Below, one piece after another: positions 49,786-53,841 of a DNA stretch of 53,841 nt (positions are counted from its first letter, which is position 1; each line of letters begins with the position of its first letter). The translations under genes and the position numbers were made by a program. This DNA comes from Nemertoderma westbladi (lineage: Eukaryota; Animalia; Xenacoelomorpha): assembly GCA_032718475.1 (NCBI GenBank), contig JAUCBJ010007724.1, positions 1 through 53,841 of the forward strand, in the 5' to 3' direction. The notes under the pieces were generated by a model. That model was not told where the DNA came from. It worked only from the letters and a program-made list of their open reading frames with translations, and ran no database searches.

Positions 49786-50310
49786 ATCAATTAGGCAAAT
49801 AGGCATTACCGACTGTGAAAACTGAAACTGTGAACGTCGTGATTTACGGAGCCTCCTCTGAAAGAAATTAGATGTAATTCTTAAAACTTTCTAAACTTTT
49901 TGTTTGAAAAATTAAGATAATTAGTGACTTTCAAACATTGAGCCAGATGGACAGACGGACAATTCTCACAAACTAAATTCACAGACTACGTGGCTCGCCC
50001 CACAAACAGATTAATTAATTAAACTATCGGTATGAAACACAATATGGTTAACTTCAAGTTGAAACACATGGTAGTATTGTTTACATCAAGGTACCATATG
50101 GTCATTGGCTTATTTTTTAAGTTTAGTCGTTTTTTAGGAATTGATTTGAATTTTTTTTGTTCACATTTAAATAATGACCTTTGTTATCCTGCATTTTGAT
50201 GCCTGCTATACGATTATAAGTTAAAAAGAAGCTTCATAACAGCTTTCCAAATAGTGACCATAATGGTTCGTGTTGGATACATGTATATATATTTATATAT
50301 ATATATACTA

Positions 50311-52600
50311 ATGAAGGACTCAAAGGGTATTTATCGAGGTCACTGTAAAGATTGTACATCTGATGAATGTGATGATTATATTTTGCCAACAGACATTGGG
50401 ATGACACAGAATTGTGCCTATTGTGGTTGTCCTCCAACCAAACACAGTAAAACTGAAGAAAGTACTAGTACCGCCACAGATAATGTAAATACAGATCCCC
50501 CTAGCATTTCTAATGTGAGCCTTCAGTTGTAAGTTTACCAACAGCTGTCATTTCTAATCCTGTTGCAACATCGACACCGGGATTTTCTGATACACCTGCA
50601 ACATCATCAAATGTATTCCCAAGGTCCTTAAATTTTGTTCCATCCTCAGTTACCGGCACATCTGCTTGGGATTTAAGATCTGAATTAATAAAAACAACCG
50701 AAGGTCGGCTTTTACTAGAAATCCAGGGCAATTTGGGAGAAAAACAGCGCCGAAATCTAGTAAATATAGTGACATCGTTGATAAAAACCAGTAGCATTGT
50801 ACCATACACTATATTTGAAGTGGCCGCAGCAGAGATAGTTAAGTTGTTTCCAGCAGAAGAAACATCAACTTATTTTTTCCGCAAACCAGCTGTGAAAGTC
50901 ATTAACGGTATAGATGTTACAACTTCTGTTTCATGTGGCAAACTTTATAATAAGTATATTACCATCAACAAACGCATTAAAGCAACATTCAGTGAGTCTC
51001 CACCACCATCTCCATCAGCATCAACATGCAGTGGATCAACATCTAGAGGAGGAAGAAATATTCTTAACACCGATGTTGATATACTGTATACAGAAGTAGA
51101 CGATCAGATGGTTCTTGTGTTCCTTCTTCTCCTGCCCGGTTTTGTGTTCCTTCTTCTCCTGCCCGGTTTTGTGTTCCTTCTCCTGCGGCACCATCGTTAC
51201 GAGTTGCGGGAACGGAATAGTGATATGGTTGGAATCTATTATGTGTTGGACCTCAGCCTCGTCCTCGGCCTCGACCCCCCCACCATCGCCCACGACCTTG
51301 TCGTGGGTCCATAATTTTAATTGTAGCATTAGGGCTATTGATATTTATATGGTCCATGATGGTCTAGGTATGCTTAATAATTAATTTGGTGCACACCACT
51401 TGTGTTTGTTTTTTTAAATAGAGCATTTTTGTTTTTTTAAATAGCGCATTTAGAGGAAAAGGAGCAGGTTACAGAGGCGGGCTTTTCTTACCAAAACAAT
51501 AAACGATCCATTTTACTGAAACCAGAACTGAGATCAAACCTTCGTCACCATGGATATTCTTGCGAACACCACAAAGTCACTTCTTTATATAGATTGGTTG
51601 TGTTATATCAGGGTGTATTTGATACTCATAGATATCCTTATCTTCTGGATAATAGAACGGCATATGAATGTGTTACTATTGATTTTCAATATTTAATGAA
51701 TGTTAAAGTTCATCCAGGTGAGTCAAAAATAGTATATTATTATAATATATTTTGTTTAGTGCAATAATATATTACGGATTAAAGTTTTAAAGATTTTTTT
51801 AATACATATTTTAAAATTAAAATATATTAAACTTTATTAAACCCTTATATGTAAGTTTTCCATTCCACCCTCACCCCATCGGGCTGTTATTTAATTTAAA
51901 TTTCCCATTTTCTCATCATTATCATATATTATAAATATAATAATGAGAAAATATAAATTATGCAAATATATATGAAAATATACAGAATAGTTTATACTTA
52001 TTTATTATCTGGTTTATTCTTACAGATGTAAATTCGAATGTTCTGTTTGAAACAATATTTGAAACCTTTTGTAAGGATTTCATAGAATCGCTTCCTCGTG
52101 TTACATCAACTACCAAGGGTACATCCACAGTATCTAATGATATTTGTCGTCGTGCTCTATTAGCATTACCGGGGAAGTTATGTAAAAATGTTACTGTGAG
52201 CCAGAAGAAAGGATCACGGAAAATTTGGCGACCTAGTAGCAAGGAATGTGGCAACTCATTCATTATGTTGGTAAAGGATGACGTTGAGATGGACACCAAT
52301 GTTCTTGAAATGTGCAATACCTACTTAGAAAAGGGTTTGCGTATAATCCCTTTCCTTGTCGCCTTTGAAAGTTCCGAAAGTTGTGTATCCATATTTAACG
52401 ACTTTAGATTTCCAATGAACTCAATACTCAGGTGCTTAGATTTTGTTTTCAAATTAATTCATGTGAATAATCTTGAGTACCCTGTGGCTTCTTCAAACGT
52501 CTGGCTGTTTCTAGAACGTTGTTATGGAATTCCTCCAACAGAAACATCCGCCATTGTTTCTGCCTTTGCCTCAGATTACTTAAAGAAAACGAAAGTTTGA
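50311..52600 (+). pseudogene. Spliced, disrupted gene resembling CACTA/EnSpm accessory (SAMD3-like) proteins, with an N-terminal Cys/His finger
   Basis: RGHCKDC..C..CAYCGCPPTKH; QRRNLVNIV..EIVKLFP.EE..YF..GKLYNKY; C-terminal CLDFVFKLIHVNNLEYP..NVWLFLE..YGI. Intron from a GTGAGT donor near 51718 to a TACAG acceptor at 52025. Frameshift near 50510 and an insert from 51110. Confidence 0.5.
51110..51285 (-). repeat. About 180-bp dispersed module, copy 2
   Basis: Matches 24701-24879 and lies inside the 50311-52600 gene. Confidence 0.9.
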
Positions 52601-53444
52601 GATTCAAATAATAAATATCATTTTAACTTTAGATTAGATTTAAGATTATTTTTTAATTTTATATTTTAACTCTTTATTCAGTACCTTACACCTTTTTCGT
52701 CTCCTATATAGGCCATCCCATCCTGGATGAGGTACTATCTAATTAACCCATTCAAACTGTGTCGGATGGTGTGCCGATCGATCAGCATTTCGATTTGAAT
52801 CTGTTACTCCCTTTGTACTCGGGTTATACAAGAAGTGGCGGGCCGTCTCCAGAATTTACCCAGAGTTTGGTTTAACCGTAATAAAGGAAATGGATTTCGC
52901 ATTCAATTGTATTATCACTGTCATCATACAATCATAAGGGTTTTGGTTGGCTGCGCGTCATGTTTAAAATTGACTTATCGTAACATGTTGTCAAAGTTGG
53001 GTTCAGGTTTCATGCATCGTGTGTATAACGACTTATCATGAACCTCCCACTTTTCTTAATGATGTTCTAGAATGTGCTAGAACTGAGATCAAGTTTCTTG
53101 CACTGTGTATAAAACAGTTTATCATGAAACATCTCACAGTCCTATTGTTTATGTCATTTTATTCATAATTGTTCTAGAACTAAGATCAAGTTTCATGCAC
53201 CGTGTATAAAGCGATTTATCATGAAACATCCCATAGTCCTATTGTTATTTGGGGACGGAAGTGATGTAAGGATAAATTATGTTAGCCTGTCAAGCTGAAT
53301 ATATGGCATATTTTTAAAAACGTAATGGGGTCAGTGGTTAACGATATCGATTCATTCACGATGTCGATATCATTCAGCATATCGACATGATCGATCGATC
53401 ATGTGATGTACACCATAGAAATTATACAATCTTTATGTATTTTG

Positions 53445-53680
53445 ATTGCCCAAATGGGCAAGTAATATTAATTCAACTGCCAAAACTAGCAAGTGATATA
53501 GATTATCTTGCCAAAACTGGCAAGTCATATTTAGAAACTTCCCAAACTGGCAAGTAATATAAATGCACTTGCCAAATGTGGCAAGTCATATTTATAAACT
53601 TGCCTAAACTGGCAAGTAATAGAAATGACTTGCCAAAACTGGCAAGTCATATTTATTAGCTTGCCCAAACTGGCAAGTAT
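53445..53680. repeat. Tandem array of about 31-bp units, each containing an inverted repeat
   Basis: CTTGCC(A/C)AAACTGGCAAGT plus an AT-rich spacer, about 8 copies. Confidence 0.9.
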
Positions 53681-53841
53681 TGTAATAATGTATTAGTATT
53701 TGGTTTTGATTTCTTTAGTAAAATTGTGCATTGCATGTCCCCCCTGTCCCCATTGTTTGCGTGCGTGTGTGAATCAAATACCTTATTCTGTATATATATA
53801 TAATCATATAGTTTGTTACTTATATACCTATTATTGAAATT

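Overview
AT-rich eukaryotic (invertebrate-like, inferred) genomic window that is almost entirely nested, mostly decayed mobile DNA. It has no recognisable housekeeping gene, rRNA, true tRNA or CRISPR. Recognisable elements: a Penelope-like remnant with a minimal hammerhead ribozyme; fragments of copia, piggyBac, BEL/Pao, Helitron and Transib; one apparently intact CR1/L2-group LINE with a 2A (StopGo) motif; two tRNA-derived SINEs; several MITEs, including a 1.2-kb foldback and a triple-nested hAT; and many tandem arrays. The main unexplained signals are three. (1) Two divergent WRN/DEDD-type 3'-5' exonuclease ORFs, each next to LTR-retroelement features. (2) Four non-standard gene families that each occur twice as divergent copies (HKT-type tyrosine recombinase with a 30-bp-repeat tail, DUF6589-like protein, OB-fold-like gene, the exonuclease), plus a small spliced zinc-knuckle gene, suggesting remnants of a large multi-gene mobile element. 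(3) A signal peptide and furin-type site upstream of the LINE 2A. All family assignments come from motif recognition by eye, not database searches.
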